Source: Thermodesulfobacteriota bacterium
GTDB taxonomy: Bacteria; Desulfobacterota; Desulfarculia; JACQYL01
Assembly: GCA_963675595.2 (NCBI GenBank)
Contig: CAXXLZ010000002.1
Coordinates: 416,001-480,000, forward strand
Reading direction: 5' to 3'
DNA: 64,000 nucleotides
Position numbers and translations under genes: made by a program. Within the stretch, counting starts at the first letter, position 1. Every line of letters starts with the position of its first letter. The notes beneath the pieces are model-generated. The model saw only the letters and a program-made list of their open reading frames with translations, was not told the DNA's origin and made no database searches. Of this stretch, positions 37,926 to 48,295 are shown one piece after another.

Positions 37926-39344
37926 ATGGCGTTTGAACCCCAGGAAGAACAAAAAGGATTAAAATACGAGGAGCTGCGCATCTACTCCGATGAAGAGCTG
38001 CACAACTATACGGAGGATGAGCTCAAGAATTTCAAAATCAAGCACGAAGTCCCGATGTGCGAGGACTTGGAAAAGGGTCCGTGGCCGAGCTTTGTCGCGG
38101 ACGCCAAGCGCTGCGCCCTGCATCGGAGAAAGCTGTCCGACGATCGCATGCTGATCGAACGGGACGTTGTCGAAGATTTGCTCGGCCAGCTCGAGCTTTC
38201 CTTCAAAGAGGGTGAAACTCACTGGAAACACGGCGGCATCGTGGGCGTCTTCGGTTACGGCGGCGGCGTCATCGGGCGTTACTCCGATATGCCCGAACAA
38301 TTCCCGTCCATCGCCCATTTCCACACCATGCGCGTCAATCAGCCCGCGAGCAAATTCTACGACACGGACTACCTCCGGACGCTCTGCGATTTGTGGGAAT
38401 ACAGGGGCAGCGGCATGATGAACATGCACGGCTCCACCGGTGACATCATCTTCCTGGGAACTTTTACGGAACAGCTCGAGCCCATTTTCTACGAGCTCAC
38501 CCATAAGCTTGACCAGGACCTCGGCGGCTCCGGCTCGAACCTGCGTACCCCGTCCTGCTGTATCGGCAAGGCCCGCTGCGAGTGGTCCTGCTACGACACC
38601 CAGGAAATGTGCTACCAGTTGACGCACTTCTACCAGGACGAACTGCATCGTCCCGCGTTCCCCTACAAGTTCAAGTTCAAGTTCGACGGCTGCCCCAATG
38701 GTTGTGTGGCCTCCATCGCCCGTTCCGATATGTCGTTCATCGGAACCTGGAAAGACGATATCCGGATCGATCAGGCTGCGGTCAAGGCCTACATCGGCGG
38801 AGAAATCAAGCCCAACGCGGGCGCGCACGCCGGTAAAGACTGGGGCGCTTTCGACATTCAGAAGGAAGTCATCGACCTGTGCCCCACCAAGTGTATGTGG
38901 ATGGAAGGCGGCGAGCTGAAGATCGATAACGCGGAATGTACCCGCTGCATGCATTGCATCAACACCATGCCGCAGGCGCTGCGTCCGGGAACGGATACCG
39001 GCGTGACCATCCTTTGCGGCGCCAAGGCCCCCATCCTGGAAGGCGCTCAGATGTCCGTGCTCACAGTGCCCTTCATGAGAGCCGAGCCTCCGTACGACAA
39101 CGTGAAAGCCGTCGTCGAAAAGATATGGGATTGGTGGATGGAAGAAGGCAAGAACCGGGAACGTCTGGGCGAGCTCATTCAGCGCCAGGGCCTCCCCAAG
39201 TTCCTCGAGATGCTCGAACTGCCGCCCATGCCGCAGAACGTGAAAGAACCTCGAAGCAACCCGTACATCTTCTGGAAGGAAGAAGACGTGCCCGGCGGCT
39301 GGCAGCGTGACATCAACGAATACCGTTCCCGACATAAGAGATAG
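37926..39344 (+). CDS. dsrA: Dissimilatory sulfite reductase alpha subunit
   Basis: [60 protein letters not shown]. Confidence 0.98.
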   Translation: MAFEPQEEQKGLKYEELRIYSDEELHNYTEDELKNFKIKHEVPMCEDLEKGPWPSFVADAKRCALHRRKLSDDRMLIERDVVEDLLGQLELSFKEGETHWKHGGIVGVFGYGGGVIGRYSDMPEQFPSIAHFHTMRVNQPASKFYDTDYLRTLCDLWEYRGSGMMNMHGSTGDIIFLGTFTEQLEPIFYELTHKLDQDLGGSGSNLRTPSCCIGKARCEWSCYDTQEMCYQLTHFYQDELHRPAFPYKFKFKFDGCPNGCVASIARSDMSFIGTWKDDIRIDQAAVKAYIGGEIKPNAGAHAGKDWGAFDIQKEVIDLCPTKCMWMEGGELKIDNAECTRCMHCINTMPQALRPGTDTGVTILCGAKAPILEGAQMSVLTVPFMRAEPPYDNVKAVVEKIWDWWMEEGKNRERLGELIQRQGLPKFLEMLELPPMPQNVKEPRSNPYIFWKEEDVPGGWQRDINEYRSRHKR

Positions 39345-39370
39345 AAGACCCGGACAGGAGGTATGTAACA

Positions 39371-40561
39371 ATGGCATTATCCACTGAACGACTTGGTCTG
39401 TTTAATCCTGATAAACCGATGGAAAACCGAATCACCGATTTGGGGCCCCGTCACTACTGGCAGTACTTCCCTCCCGTGATTCAGAACAACTACGGGAAAT
39501 GGAAATACCATGAAATCCTCGAACCCGGCGTTCTGGTTCACGTGTCCGAAACCGGGGACAAGGTCTTCACCGTGCGCACGGGCGGTTGCCGTTTCATGAC
39601 CGTTGAGAACGTGCGCGAAATCTGCGACATCGCCGATAAATACTGCGGCGGTCATCTGCGCTTCACCACCAGAAACAACATCGAATTCATGGTGGACAGC
39701 CAGGATAAGCTGGACGCTCTGAAGAAGGACTTGTTGAGCCGCAAGCACGTCTCCGGCAGCTATAAGTTCCCCATCGGCGGAACCGGTGCCGGTTTGACCA
39801 ACATCGTCCATACCCAGGGCTACCTGCACTGCCACACGCCCGCCACGGACGCCTCCTCCATGGTCAAGGCCGTGATGGACGACCTGTACGAGTACTTCAC
39901 CAGCATGACCCTGCCCGCCCAGGTGCGGGTATCCATGGCCTGCTGCCTCAACATGTGCGGCGCGGTGCATTGCTCCGACATCGCTCTGTTGGGATACCAT
40001 CGCAAACCCCCCATCGTGGACGGCGAAGTTCTTCAGTCCGTCTGTGAAATTCCTCTGGTCATCGCCGCGTGCCCCACGGCCGCCATTTCCCCGGCCAAGA
40101 CCGATGAAGGCAAGAAGTCGGTGAAGATCAAGGAAACCCGCTGCATGTTCTGCGGTAATTGCTACACCATGTGTATGGCGCTGCCTCTTTCCGACAAGGA
40201 CGGCGACTGTGTGACGATTCTGGCCGGCGGCAAGATCTCCAACCGGATCAGCATGCCCAAGTTCTCCAAGGTCGTCATCCCGGCGCTGCCCAACAACTTC
40301 CCGCGGTTCCCGGAAGTGTGCCAGTCCGTGAAAAAAATCATCGAGGCTTACGCCGCCGGCGCGAACAAGTACGAACGCATCGGTGACTGGGCTGAGAGGA
40401 TCGGCTGGGAACGCTTCTTTGAAAAATGTGATCTGCCCTTCTCCGATCACTTGATCGACGACTACCGCTTGGCTTACGATACCTTCAGAACGTCGACGCA
40501 GTTCAAGTACACCGACGCTTCCTGGGCCGTGACCGAAGCGGCGGAAGGTCTGTCCGAGTAA
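39371..40561 (+). CDS. dsrB: Dissimilatory sulfite reductase beta subunit
   Basis: [56 protein letters not shown]. Confidence 0.98.
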   Translation: MALSTERLGLFNPDKPMENRITDLGPRHYWQYFPPVIQNNYGKWKYHEILEPGVLVHVSETGDKVFTVRTGGCRFMTVENVREICDIADKYCGGHLRFTTRNNIEFMVDSQDKLDALKKDLLSRKHVSGSYKFPIGGTGAGLTNIVHTQGYLHCHTPATDASSMVKAVMDDLYEYFTSMTLPAQVRVSMACCLNMCGAVHCSDIALLGYHRKPPIVDGEVLQSVCEIPLVIAACPTAAISPAKTDEGKKSVKIKETRCMFCGNCYTMCMALPLSDKDGDCVTILAGGKISNRISMPKFSKVVIPALPNNFPRFPEVCQSVKKIIEAYAAGANKYERIGDWAERIGWERFFEKCDLPFSDHLIDDYRLAYDTFRTSTQFKYTDASWAVTEAAEGLSE

Positions 40562-40606
40562 CGGGAGGGCCGGCTTCGGCCGGCCTCCATAAGGAGCCAA
40601 CAAGCG

Positions 40607-40837
40607 ATGGAAGACATCAAAAAGGCAATCCTTGCGTTTGCCGAAGGCAGCAAGAAGAGCAAATTTTATTTCAACGACATGGAAAAGGCCGTCAAAGAGA
40701 CAATGCCGGACGCAAAACCCCGGGAGATCAAGAAGGCGGCCACCGCGTTGGTGAACGAAGAAAAGCTGATCTACTTTTCCACCGGCAGCAGCACCATGTA
40801 CGGTCTCAAAGGACGAGGGGTCACCGAAGACCACTAA
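40607..40837 (+). CDS. dsrD: DsrD
   Basis: KSKFYFND...REIKK....LVNE..L.YFSTGSSTMYGL, directly after dsrB. Confidence 0.95.
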   Translation: MEDIKKAILAFAEGSKKSKFYFNDMEKAVKETMPDAKPREIKKAATALVNEEKLIYFSTGSSTMYGLKGRGVTEDH

Positions 40838-40870
40838 TCCGACTTCCGATTACCGGGTTGGACAGATCAC

Positions 40871-40900
40871 GAAGCCGCCCCGCAAGGGAGCGGCTTCTTT
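40871..40900 (+). terminator. Terminator after dsrD
   Basis: gaagccgc-ccc gcaa ggga-gcggcttc followed by ttt. Confidence 0.6.
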
Positions 40901-40954
40901 CATCCCGCTTGTCCAAGATTTGGAGACGTGTTCCAAGAAGTGGAAAGGAATCCC

Positions 40955-41581
40955 ATGAAAGACCCCCAATGTTCGGACGAATTCATCAGGCAGGCTAAGC
41001 AGGTGTTGGCCGAGAATCCCGAATGTGCCAATACCTATTACAATATGGGCATCGAATTGCTTAAACAGGAACGTTTCGATGAAGCGGCGGACGCCTTTGA
41101 AAACGCCGTTGCCAACAGCGGACGGATGTTCGAGGCCTGCGTCAATTTAGGATATATCTACTTCAGAAAAGGCGACCTGGAGAAGGCCCTGGAAGCGAAC
41201 CAAAAAGCGGTGGAGATCGAGCCACGCTACGCGCGGGGCTACGCCAACATCGGTTTCGTCTATCTCCAGATGTCACGCACCGAAGAAGCCGTCCAAGCCC
41301 TGGAAAAGTCCGTCGAGCTGAATCCGGACATCGCCCAGGCGCGTGGTATGCTCATCAGCGCCCATCTCCAAAAAGGGGACATCGATCGAGCCGTCGAGGT
41401 GGGTGAGAAACTGGTGGAGGCGGCGCCCACCTTCGGATTGGGCCACAACAACCTGGCCAACGCCTACTATGCAAAAGGCGATTACGCTTCCGCCGTCCGC
41501 CACGCGGACTTGGCGCTGCAAAACGGTTTTGAAGTCCACCCGGACTTCCTGGCCCTCTTGGAGCCGCACAGAACCAAGTGA
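40955..41581 (+). CDS. Tetratricopeptide-repeat protein next to dsrABD
   Basis: Repeated A...NLG..Y...G....A......A....P units; AGGA RBS before ATG 40955. Confidence 0.88.
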   Translation: MKDPQCSDEFIRQAKQVLAENPECANTYYNMGIELLKQERFDEAADAFENAVANSGRMFEACVNLGYIYFRKGDLEKALEANQKAVEIEPRYARGYANIGFVYLQMSRTEEAVQALEKSVELNPDIAQARGMLISAHLQKGDIDRAVEVGEKLVEAAPTFGLGHNNLANAYYAKGDYASAVRHADLALQNGFEVHPDFLALLEPHRTK

Positions 41582-41764
41582 CCGCCGGGGCCATGCATCG
41601 GCTCCCTCCGCAACAGGGGCGGCATCACTGATCGAGAATTCAAAGGCGTCTTTTGGAGGGAGACCGGACTCGTCCGCCCGAGACTCTCCCCACCAACAGG
41701 GAAAGAGCGCCCCGCCCGAAGGGGGTTCCCCTTTAGCGTTGACCAAACGGGCGTGGATCGCCTT

Positions 41765-42916
41765 TTACCGACCGAGGAGGCCCTTTGCCGCGTCCGACAA
41801 TTCTTCTGCGTGGGTCCTCAGGCGCCTCTTGATGATCTCGGACTCCTCCGCGGCATAGTGTCCGTAAATCCCCATCGCGGACTCCACGAGGCCCATCAGC
41901 TCTTCCGGGCCGAATGACACGATCAGGGCCATCAACTCCCCTCCCCTTCCCGGAGACCCTTGGATATCAAGCGCTTCCGAAACGCCCCTCAACGCCTCAC
42001 TCATGGGAAAGTCTCCTTTCCACACGAACTCCCCGACACCGTCGCAACGGTCCAGACGCATCCTCAGAGTCAGATCCAGAACAAAATATACCAGAAAGAG
42101 AAACGGTCCGGACTTTGCGCAGTTGTCGAGCGGTAGGCAGGCCCGGTAATCCCTGGCGGTGATCAGGCGCACTTGGACGGACCCGTCCTCGGCCTTCACC
42201 ACAAAGTCGCCGGCGGCGTGACTCCATGGAAAGATTTGTCTCCACCCTTCCGGGTCAAGGTAACTGGTCAGAACGTAACACGCCCGTCGATAAAGGATGT
42301 CTTCTTCTTCCCTGGACAAGCACCGGAACCCGTTACGGTAATCCCATAAAAACACTTTCGCGCCGCCGGAATCTCCGTCGGGCGACAAATGCCACTCGTG
42401 GTATCCTTCGAACCACTCCAACACCGTCACCCGAACCTCGCAATCCCTCATCCTGGTTTCACCCTTGAAGAAGAGCTCGGGCAAGTATCCGGTGTCATGG
42501 ATCTCGCTCAATTCAGCGATCACCGCAAACTCCCTGTCCAACCATTCGGCGGCCTCCGAGCCTACGGCAACGTTCATTCCGAATCTGACAAGGTCGTCTC
42601 CCCAGTCCAGCTCCCCCACCGCCACATGATAAAGCGCTCCGTGTTTCTCCGTTTTGATGGTGAGGGTTGCCGAGTCCAGGGACGGACGATCGTCGGGCCG
42701 AAGTCGATCCAGCAGGCCTTCCAACAACGCCCTGTTTTCCACGGTTAGAAAACGATAGAGCCCTTGGAAGTAATCTCCAAGGCTCAGGCTGGGATGAAGC
42801 GAATTGGGAGCAATCAGAAAAGGGCGGCTCAACAAGCTTTCCCCTACCTCCAGGTCTCCTTCGGGAGAAGCACAGAAATAACGAACTCCGAGAGGCTGGG
42901 CTGAAAGCCTGTTCAT
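41765..42916 (-). CDS. Hypothetical protein, possibly kinase-like fold
   Basis: 383-aa ORF coupled to the upstream gene (ATGA overlap); motifs EKHGALYH, LEWFEGYHEWH, HAAGDFVV, LITAR.Y. Confidence 0.7.
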   Translation of the reverse strand: MNRLSAQPLGVRYFCASPEGDLEVGESLLSRPFLIAPNSLHPSLSLGDYFQGLYRFLTVENRALLEGLLDRLRPDDRPSLDSATLTIKTEKHGALYHVAVGELDWGDDLVRFGMNVAVGSEAAEWLDREFAVIAELSEIHDTGYLPELFFKGETRMRDCEVRVTVLEWFEGYHEWHLSPDGDSGGAKVFLWDYRNGFRCLSREEEDILYRRACYVLTSYLDPEGWRQIFPWSHAAGDFVVKAEDGSVQVRLITARDYRACLPLDNCAKSGPFLFLVYFVLDLTLRMRLDRCDGVGEFVWKGDFPMSEALRGVSEALDIQGSPGRGGELMALIVSFGPEELMGLVESAMGIYGHYAAEESEIIKRRLRTHAEELSDAAKGLLGR

Positions 42917-44019
42917 GTATCGATTCGGTCTCCGAGGGCTTCGCCGGCAAGATCCCCGACGGTTACACGTTTCAGAAATCCTTCCACATAAACCTCGAGG
43001 ACGTCCTTATCGTCGCGGATTCTCACCAGGTGCTCTCTACACGACGACACGTCCAAAAATCCAAGGATGCGGGCGGCATATCCACGGATGGAGGGATTTT
43101 CCGACGACAACATACGCACGAAGAAAGGCACGGCTTGGCTGCCGAGTACATCCTTGTCAACGGCGACGATCCCGCACAGAACTCGCAAGACGTTGGGAGC
43201 CAGAACTTCATCTTTGATGAAATCGAAGAAAAACTGTGTATATCTTGCGTAGAGATCGGTCCGATGGGCGATAATGGAACCTATGGCGTCCAATGCGCCC
43301 CAACTTGACGCTGCGCTGTCCGCAACCGAACTAAGAAGACGTTGCAGAAGATTGGCCACAAACCCCGGTTCGGTCTCCGCAATAATCGCGGCGGCACGCC
43401 CGATCATGTCGGACGCCCTCAATCGCATCAACTCATCGCCCGTGTACAACAGACGCTGTAGGTCACGAAGAATGCGCTTGTCTTCTCGGGCAAGTCTTTC
43501 CACCCGTTCCGTGTCATAAGAAGCGACCAAGGCGGCGACATCTTCCTTGCCGAAAGACTTTGGGACAAAAACCCTTTTAGAGCCCTGCCGGTGCACGGCG
43601 TAATCCTTCAGATCGCTCCCCCCGGCCTTACCTGCCTGATCGCAGATCTGCCGCTCCTTGAGCCGCAGAAAAAAGAGTGCACCACGGATCCTCCTGCCTT
43701 CAAGAGCTCCTCCGGGAACCACCAGATGACTTTGATCATCGTATCTTTCGAGAACCTGGTCCTGATAGTCGACTTCAGCCACCACGTCGAGGGCCGCGTC
43801 CATCGTTTTTCCCGAAGCTGATTCAAGGGCGATCAGCAGAGCGCTGCCCAGGTTGTGGCCCGTAACGTCGCACACGTACACGGCTCCGCACGAACACACG
43901 CCGCGCGGCATGCTTCCCCCGTCATGATAGTCGGCCGGCCGTTCCACGGCAAAGCCGCAGAAAGGACATCGGGCTCTCTGAACGATTTCGCGTTTCCCCA
44001 CGCTACCGGACATGATCAA
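42913..44019 (-). CDS. N-terminal Cys-rich domain plus HEAT/PBS-lyase-like repeats (DVU0298-like)
   Basis: CPFCG...CSCGAVYVCD.TGHNLG, then helical repeats LQRLLSSVADSAASSWGA...IG.I and IRGYAARILG. Confidence 0.7.
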   Translation of the reverse strand: MIMSGSVGKREIVQRARCPFCGFAVERPADYHDGGSMPRGVCSCGAVYVCDVTGHNLGSALLIALESASGKTMDAALDVVAEVDYQDQVLERYDDQSHLVVPGGALEGRRIRGALFFLRLKERQICDQAGKAGGSDLKDYAVHRQGSKRVFVPKSFGKEDVAALVASYDTERVERLAREDKRILRDLQRLLYTGDELMRLRASDMIGRAAAIIAETEPGFVANLLQRLLSSVADSAASSWGALDAIGSIIAHRTDLYARYTQFFFDFIKDEVLAPNVLRVLCGIVAVDKDVLGSQAVPFFVRMLSSENPSIRGYAARILGFLDVSSCREHLVRIRDDKDVLEVYVEGFLKRVTVGDLAGEALGDRIDT

Positions 44020-44273
44020 ACACTCCCGGCATCCAGGTCCAGAGAAACCTCCTCAGCATCAGGATCGAATTCGAATTCGGTGATTCCGAATCCATCCCCA
44101 CGCGATACAAACGTAATCGTCCAGCTCTTGTATTCCGAGCCGGCGAAACCGCAGCTAAGCACTCCGGTTCTCGCGTCCATGCTCCTGAGTCTGGGTACGA
44201 TCGTTTCGTAGAAAACCTCTTGAATTATGCCTTTATCCTCGTAACTCAGCACAGGAGGCTTTGCTGCTCCCAT
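44016..44273 (-). CDS. Small hypothetical protein
   Basis: 85 aa from ATG 44273; stop overlaps the next start; collinear in the dsrC run. Confidence 0.6.
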   Translation of the reverse strand: MGAAKPPVLSYEDKGIIQEVFYETIVPRLRSMDARTGVLSCGFAGSEYKSWTITFVSRGDGFGITEFEFDPDAEEVSLDLDAGSV

Positions 44274-44324
44274 ATTCTTCCTTCCGCCAAACCTCATCCG
44301 AGGGCCGACGGTCCGCGATTCGGT

Positions 44325-44567
44325 TCACGCAGGCCCGGGGATGTCCACGCTCAGGCAGTGATTCCCCTGGCCGCAGGATTTGGCCGTAATGGTAGGTTTA
44401 TTTCCACCCTTGCCGGGTCCCACCACATAGTTCGTTCGGCTGACCACACGCTCCAGGTTTTCGCAGCCGCATTCACGGCATTTCAACTCCACCTCTTGGT
44501 CGGAGCGAGAGAGGATTTCCTCATTGACGAACCCGCATTCCATACACCTAAATTCAAAAATGGGCAT
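44325..44567 (-). CDS. FmdB-family zinc-ribbon protein
   Basis: MPIFEFRCMECG...CRECG...LERVVS. Confidence 0.85.
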   Translation of the reverse strand: MPIFEFRCMECGFVNEEILSRSDQEVELKCRECGCENLERVVSRTNYVVGPGKGGNKPTITAKSCGQGNHCLSVDIPGPA

Positions 44568-44704
44568 TTCAGCATCCCTTTTCGGCAGGTCTTCGAAGGA
44601 ATAAAAAAGGCGTCGCGGCATGGAGTTCACACCTAACGCCTTTTATCCGAAGACGACTTTTTGGACAGCCCTTGACAGGCAGCTTCGTATAATTTCCTTG
44701 GAAA

Positions 44705-45022
44705 TTAGACGCAGCCGGTCGGTTTGGGAAGGCCGGCCATCTTACAGGCGCCCTTACCAGGTCCGGAGGGAAACAGCTCATAGATGTATTTGAGCTTATA
44801 ACCGGTCACTTTGGACAGAATACGGACCATGGGAGCAATCCCGTTCTTCTTGTAGTAGTCCTGAAGGACGTTGATGACCTTCCAGTGTTCGTCCGTGAGC
44901 TCCTCGATACCTTCGGTGCTCTTGACGTATTCCACCCAAGTCTTGTTCCAGTTATTGAAATCGTCGATGAATCCGTCCTCATCAACGCTGAACTTTTCAC
45001 CCTTGAAATCAATTTCCGCCAT
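44705..45022 (-). CDS. dsrC: DsrC sulfur carrier
   Basis: VDEDGF, LTDEHW, YELFPSGPGKGACKMAGLPKPTGCV (both C-terminal Cys, Cx10C). Confidence 0.97.
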   Translation of the reverse strand: MAEIDFKGEKFSVDEDGFIDDFNNWNKTWVEYVKSTEGIEELTDEHWKVINVLQDYYKKNGIAPMVRILSKVTGYKLKYIYELFPSGPGKGACKMAGLPKPTGCV

Positions 45023-45054
45023 CTGCGATTCCTCCTAGATTGTTTAAATTTTCT

Positions 45055-45083
45055 TTCTTAAACCCCTTCGACATTTCTGTCAA
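45055..45083 (-). promoter_or_regulatory. Internal sigma70-type promoter for dsrC
   Basis: Minus strand TTGACA-17 nt-TAAGAA; AGGAGG RBS before the ATG. Confidence 0.55.
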
Positions 45084-45169
45084 GAAGATATTAGAGCCGA
45101 AATTTCCTGCACAAAAAAACCCTTGCCAACCATTCAGCGTCTTGTCAAGCGATTTCAGTCCGCCGAACC

Positions 45170-46609
45170 TCACCCGCCCGTCCTCCCACCGGCCGCCAAC
45201 ACGGCTTCTCCCAATCGGGCTTTTCCTCGTCGTTTTTCAACGGAGTATTCGGCGGATTTTCGCACAAATCCCTCCGCCCACTCCGGCGTGCCCGAAGCAT
45301 GCACATGGGTATACATCGCCATTACGTTCTTGTAGACCAAACCATCACGCCCCGAAAGGCACCCGGTGCCGCGCTCCATCCGGAAGCAGCAGGCTCCCGA
45401 GGAACCCGAACCGTCCGGTTTCGAGTAGTGGAATTCATGCCCTTTGATCTTGACGCCGACGGCGAAAAAGGGGTTGCGCCGGTCCGACTTCAAGATGCTG
45501 TATCCGTGGCCTTGAGGCTTGGATTCCATTCGGAAGCGAAGGGGAAAAACACCCATCATGGGGTACACGCCGCTCGGCGTCGATAGTTCCTCCCCCAAGA
45601 GCATAAGCCCTCCACATTCCGCATAAACCGGCATTCCGTTTTCAACATGCCCTCTGAGCCAGGACCGAAATTCCACGTTTGTGGAGATTTCCCGCGCGTG
45701 AGTTTCCGGAAATCCGCCGCCGATGTATAAGCCGTCCAGTTCCTCGGAAGGCGCTCCACGCAAAGAGCAGACCTCCGTCAGTTCCGCGCCCGTCCGTTGG
45801 AGAGCCTCCAGATTCTCGGGATAATAAAACCAGAAAGCGCTGTCTCTCACGACTCCGATTTTGGGACGAACGTTGGACTCCCACCGTTCCGAAGTTTCTT
45901 GACACACCTCCGGGAGAGGACCGGCGGAATCGGCCAGGGCCAACAAATCAGGCACGTTCAGGCAGTTCTTGGCCACAATGAGGGCGCTCTTCATGGCCGC
46001 CTCGCCTTGCGGATGCTCCTGCGGAGGCACCAAGCCCATGTGTCTTTCGGGAACCAGTCCGTCCGTGATCCTTCGAACCACGCCCAACACGGGCAGCCCC
46101 GTGTAGTGCTCGACGGTCTTTCTCACCAAATTCGCATGGCGGGCTCCCCGGATACGGTTGAGGATCACCCCGGCCAGACGAAGCTCGGGATCGAAATGAA
46201 GACACCCCAAAACCATTGCCGCCACGGTGCGCGTAGCCATGGTGCAGTCGACTATGATCACCACGGGAGAACGCGTGAGCTTGGCCAGCTCCGCAGTGGA
46301 AAAGGTACCCTCTTCGTCCATGCCGTCGTAAAGCCCTCGGTTTCCTTCGATCAGCGCGACTCCGGAAGCTCCGTGACGGTATACGGACCGCAGAACTTCG
46401 TCCCCGCCCATAAGGAAGGGATCCAGATTGTAACAGGGTCTGCCCGCAGCGAGAGACAGCCAGCCCGTATCAATGAAATCCGGACCCTTCTTGAAAGGCA
46501 CGACCGTACGACCGAGCCCTCGGAAGGCCTGGATCAAGCCCATGGTAAGGGTGGTCTTACCGGACCCTCCACGAAGAGCCGCCACCACGAGCCGAGATTT
46601 ATGCGTCAT
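45170..46609 (-). CDS. dsrN: Cobyrinate a,c-diamide synthase family protein, DsrN (siroheme amidase)
   Basis: GGSGKTT, FKKGPDFID, IEGNRGLYDG, PERHMGL, AFWFYYPEN, YAECGG, GHEFHYS. The dsrN call rests on the position next to dsrC. Confidence 0.85.
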   Translation of the reverse strand: MTHKSRLVVAALRGGSGKTTLTMGLIQAFRGLGRTVVPFKKGPDFIDTGWLSLAAGRPCYNLDPFLMGGDEVLRSVYRHGASGVALIEGNRGLYDGMDEEGTFSTAELAKLTRSPVVIIVDCTMATRTVAAMVLGCLHFDPELRLAGVILNRIRGARHANLVRKTVEHYTGLPVLGVVRRITDGLVPERHMGLVPPQEHPQGEAAMKSALIVAKNCLNVPDLLALADSAGPLPEVCQETSERWESNVRPKIGVVRDSAFWFYYPENLEALQRTGAELTEVCSLRGAPSEELDGLYIGGGFPETHAREISTNVEFRSWLRGHVENGMPVYAECGGLMLLGEELSTPSGVYPMMGVFPLRFRMESKPQGHGYSILKSDRRNPFFAVGVKIKGHEFHYSKPDGSGSSGACCFRMERGTGCLSGRDGLVYKNVMAMYTHVHASGTPEWAEGFVRKSAEYSVEKRRGKARLGEAVLAAGGRTGG

Positions 46610-47157
46610 TTCCGTTTGAAACATACCGGGTCGGATACTCTGAAACCTGACATCATGAGGTTGTTTAAAGGTGCGGATGAGTGTTCGTTGTTTCTCCGCG
46701 AAACCACTTTTCACTCCTTTCGGCACCGGTCCGAACTCCTCGCGGATCGTGGCCGAAACGAGACTGGAACTTGTGTACGGCAGCCGTTCCGAGTATTTTT
46801 CGCGACCAAATTTCTATACATTTCAAGTTGTTTGAAGTCAACAAAAAAATAATCTTTTCACAAGCATCGCCCCCTCCCTCCGCCCGGAAGACACCTCTTC
46901 CCATCCGCGCACCGGCGAACCCGTTCAACGGTGACGCCTGTGTTGTCACCCTCCCATAATCGCCCTTCACCGAGGCCTCCTCGCCGATCGTGGGTCGCAC
47001 CCAAGGCTTCGAGAAAGTTTTCCCATTGGCATGGGGGGGGCCGGTTTTCGTTTCCACCTGTCGAACGCTGAACACAATAATCGAGACTTCCCATTGGTCG
47101 AAACTTCATGCTGTTGTATAATGAAGCCGCAAATCAGAATCGAGGAGTCGGACACCA

Positions 47158-48291
47158 GTGAATTCCGCCAAAGAGTCTCACGTTCCTAAAATTCTCATCG
47201 TCGACGATGACCGTCTCAATCACCTGCTTCTCACGGCCATTCTCGAGCGAGACGGGCACCATACCATCTCAGCCTACGATGGTCCCGAGGGCCGCCGACT
47301 GGCTTCGGACGAAAAACCCGACCTCATTGTGCTGGATGTCATGATGCCCGGCGAAAACGGCTTTGAAACCTGCACATTGCTGAAACAAGAGCAGGAAACC
47401 ACGGACATACCCATCATTTTTATCTCCGCTCTGGACGACGTCGACAGCAAGGTCAAAGGACTCACTCTGGGCGGCGTCGACTATATCTCCAAACCCTTCG
47501 AAGCCGCCGAAGTGCTCGCTCGGACCCGCATTCACCTCAAACTGCGCCACGCCTACCAAGCCGTAATCAATAACCAAGCCGACAAGCTGAAACAAATTCA
47601 AGAAGCGCAGCAATCCATTCTGATTCACCCGGACGACATCCCGGAAGCGAAATTCTCGGTCTCCTACATACCCCTGCAGGAAGCGGGAGGCGACTTCTAC
47701 GACGTGTTTCCGCTCACTGATAATATCCACGGCTATTTCGTGGGAGACATCAGCGGCCACGACTTGGGGGCGTCCTTCGTCACCCCGGCCTTGAAAGCCC
47801 TATTGGCCCAAAACGCCAGACCCATCTTTACCCCGGTGGAAACCATGAAGATGATCAACGGAGTCCTGAACTTGGTTATCCCCCCGGGAATGTACCTCAC
47901 GGCCTGTTACGCCCACCTTAACCGGCTCCGATCAACCCTCACGCTCGTGGGTGCCGGCCATCCGCCCGCGATTTACCTCGACGGAAACGGCCAAGTTCGC
48001 GAGATCCAAGCCTCCGGCGACGTCCTGGGCGCCTTCGAAAACGTGGTTTTCGATTCCGTGCAGGTCAAGGTCTCCCCGGGAGACAGGCTCTTTCTCTACA
48101 CCGACGGCATCATCGAGCTGTTCGGAAAGAGCACCAGAGGCAGGGACAAAGGAATCGATATACTGTCCAGAGCGTGCCAAGACACGCGCAACCTTTCCCT
48201 TGATGAGTCTCTCGCGGAGATGTCCAAACGCCTATTCGGATGTAACGTGCCCCAAGAGGACGATTACCTGCTCCTGGGGATCGAGGTGTAA
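47158..48291 (+). CDS. Response regulator fused to a PP2C (SpoIIE/RsbU) phosphatase
   Basis: ILIVDDD, LDVMMP, YISKPF; GGDFYD, GDISGH, AGHPP, LYTDGI, EDD. Confidence 0.92.
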   Translation: MNSAKESHVPKILIVDDDRLNHLLLTAILERDGHHTISAYDGPEGRRLASDEKPDLIVLDVMMPGENGFETCTLLKQEQETTDIPIIFISALDDVDSKVKGLTLGGVDYISKPFEAAEVLARTRIHLKLRHAYQAVINNQADKLKQIQEAQQSILIHPDDIPEAKFSVSYIPLQEAGGDFYDVFPLTDNIHGYFVGDISGHDLGASFVTPALKALLAQNARPIFTPVETMKMINGVLNLVIPPGMYLTACYAHLNRLRSTLTLVGAGHPPAIYLDGNGQVREIQASGDVLGAFENVVFDSVQVKVSPGDRLFLYTDGIIELFGKSTRGRDKGIDILSRACQDTRNLSLDESLAEMSKRLFGCNVPQEDDYLLLGIEV

Positions 48292-48295
48292 AAGC

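Noticed and set aside
37959-40834. Long antisense ORFs (472 aa and 485 aa) opposite dsrA and dsrB/dsrD
   Set aside because: Shadow ORFs caused by strong codon bias in highly expressed GC-rich genes; no motifs, and the sense genes are unambiguous.
44672-44693. TTGACA...TATAAT on the plus strand near the dsrC 3' end
   Set aside because: The spacer is only 10 nt, incompatible with a sigma70 promoter.
30702-45022. Oxidative (reverse) Dsr interpretation
   Set aside because: dsrD and dsrT are present, dsrEFH and dsrL are absent from the locus, and a cytochrome c3 is adjacent, all fitting the reductive type.
45170-46609. Annotation as cobalamin-pathway cbiA/cobB
   Set aside because: No other cob/cbi genes are adjacent, and the position beside dsrC favours DsrN; not fully excluded without a phylogeny.
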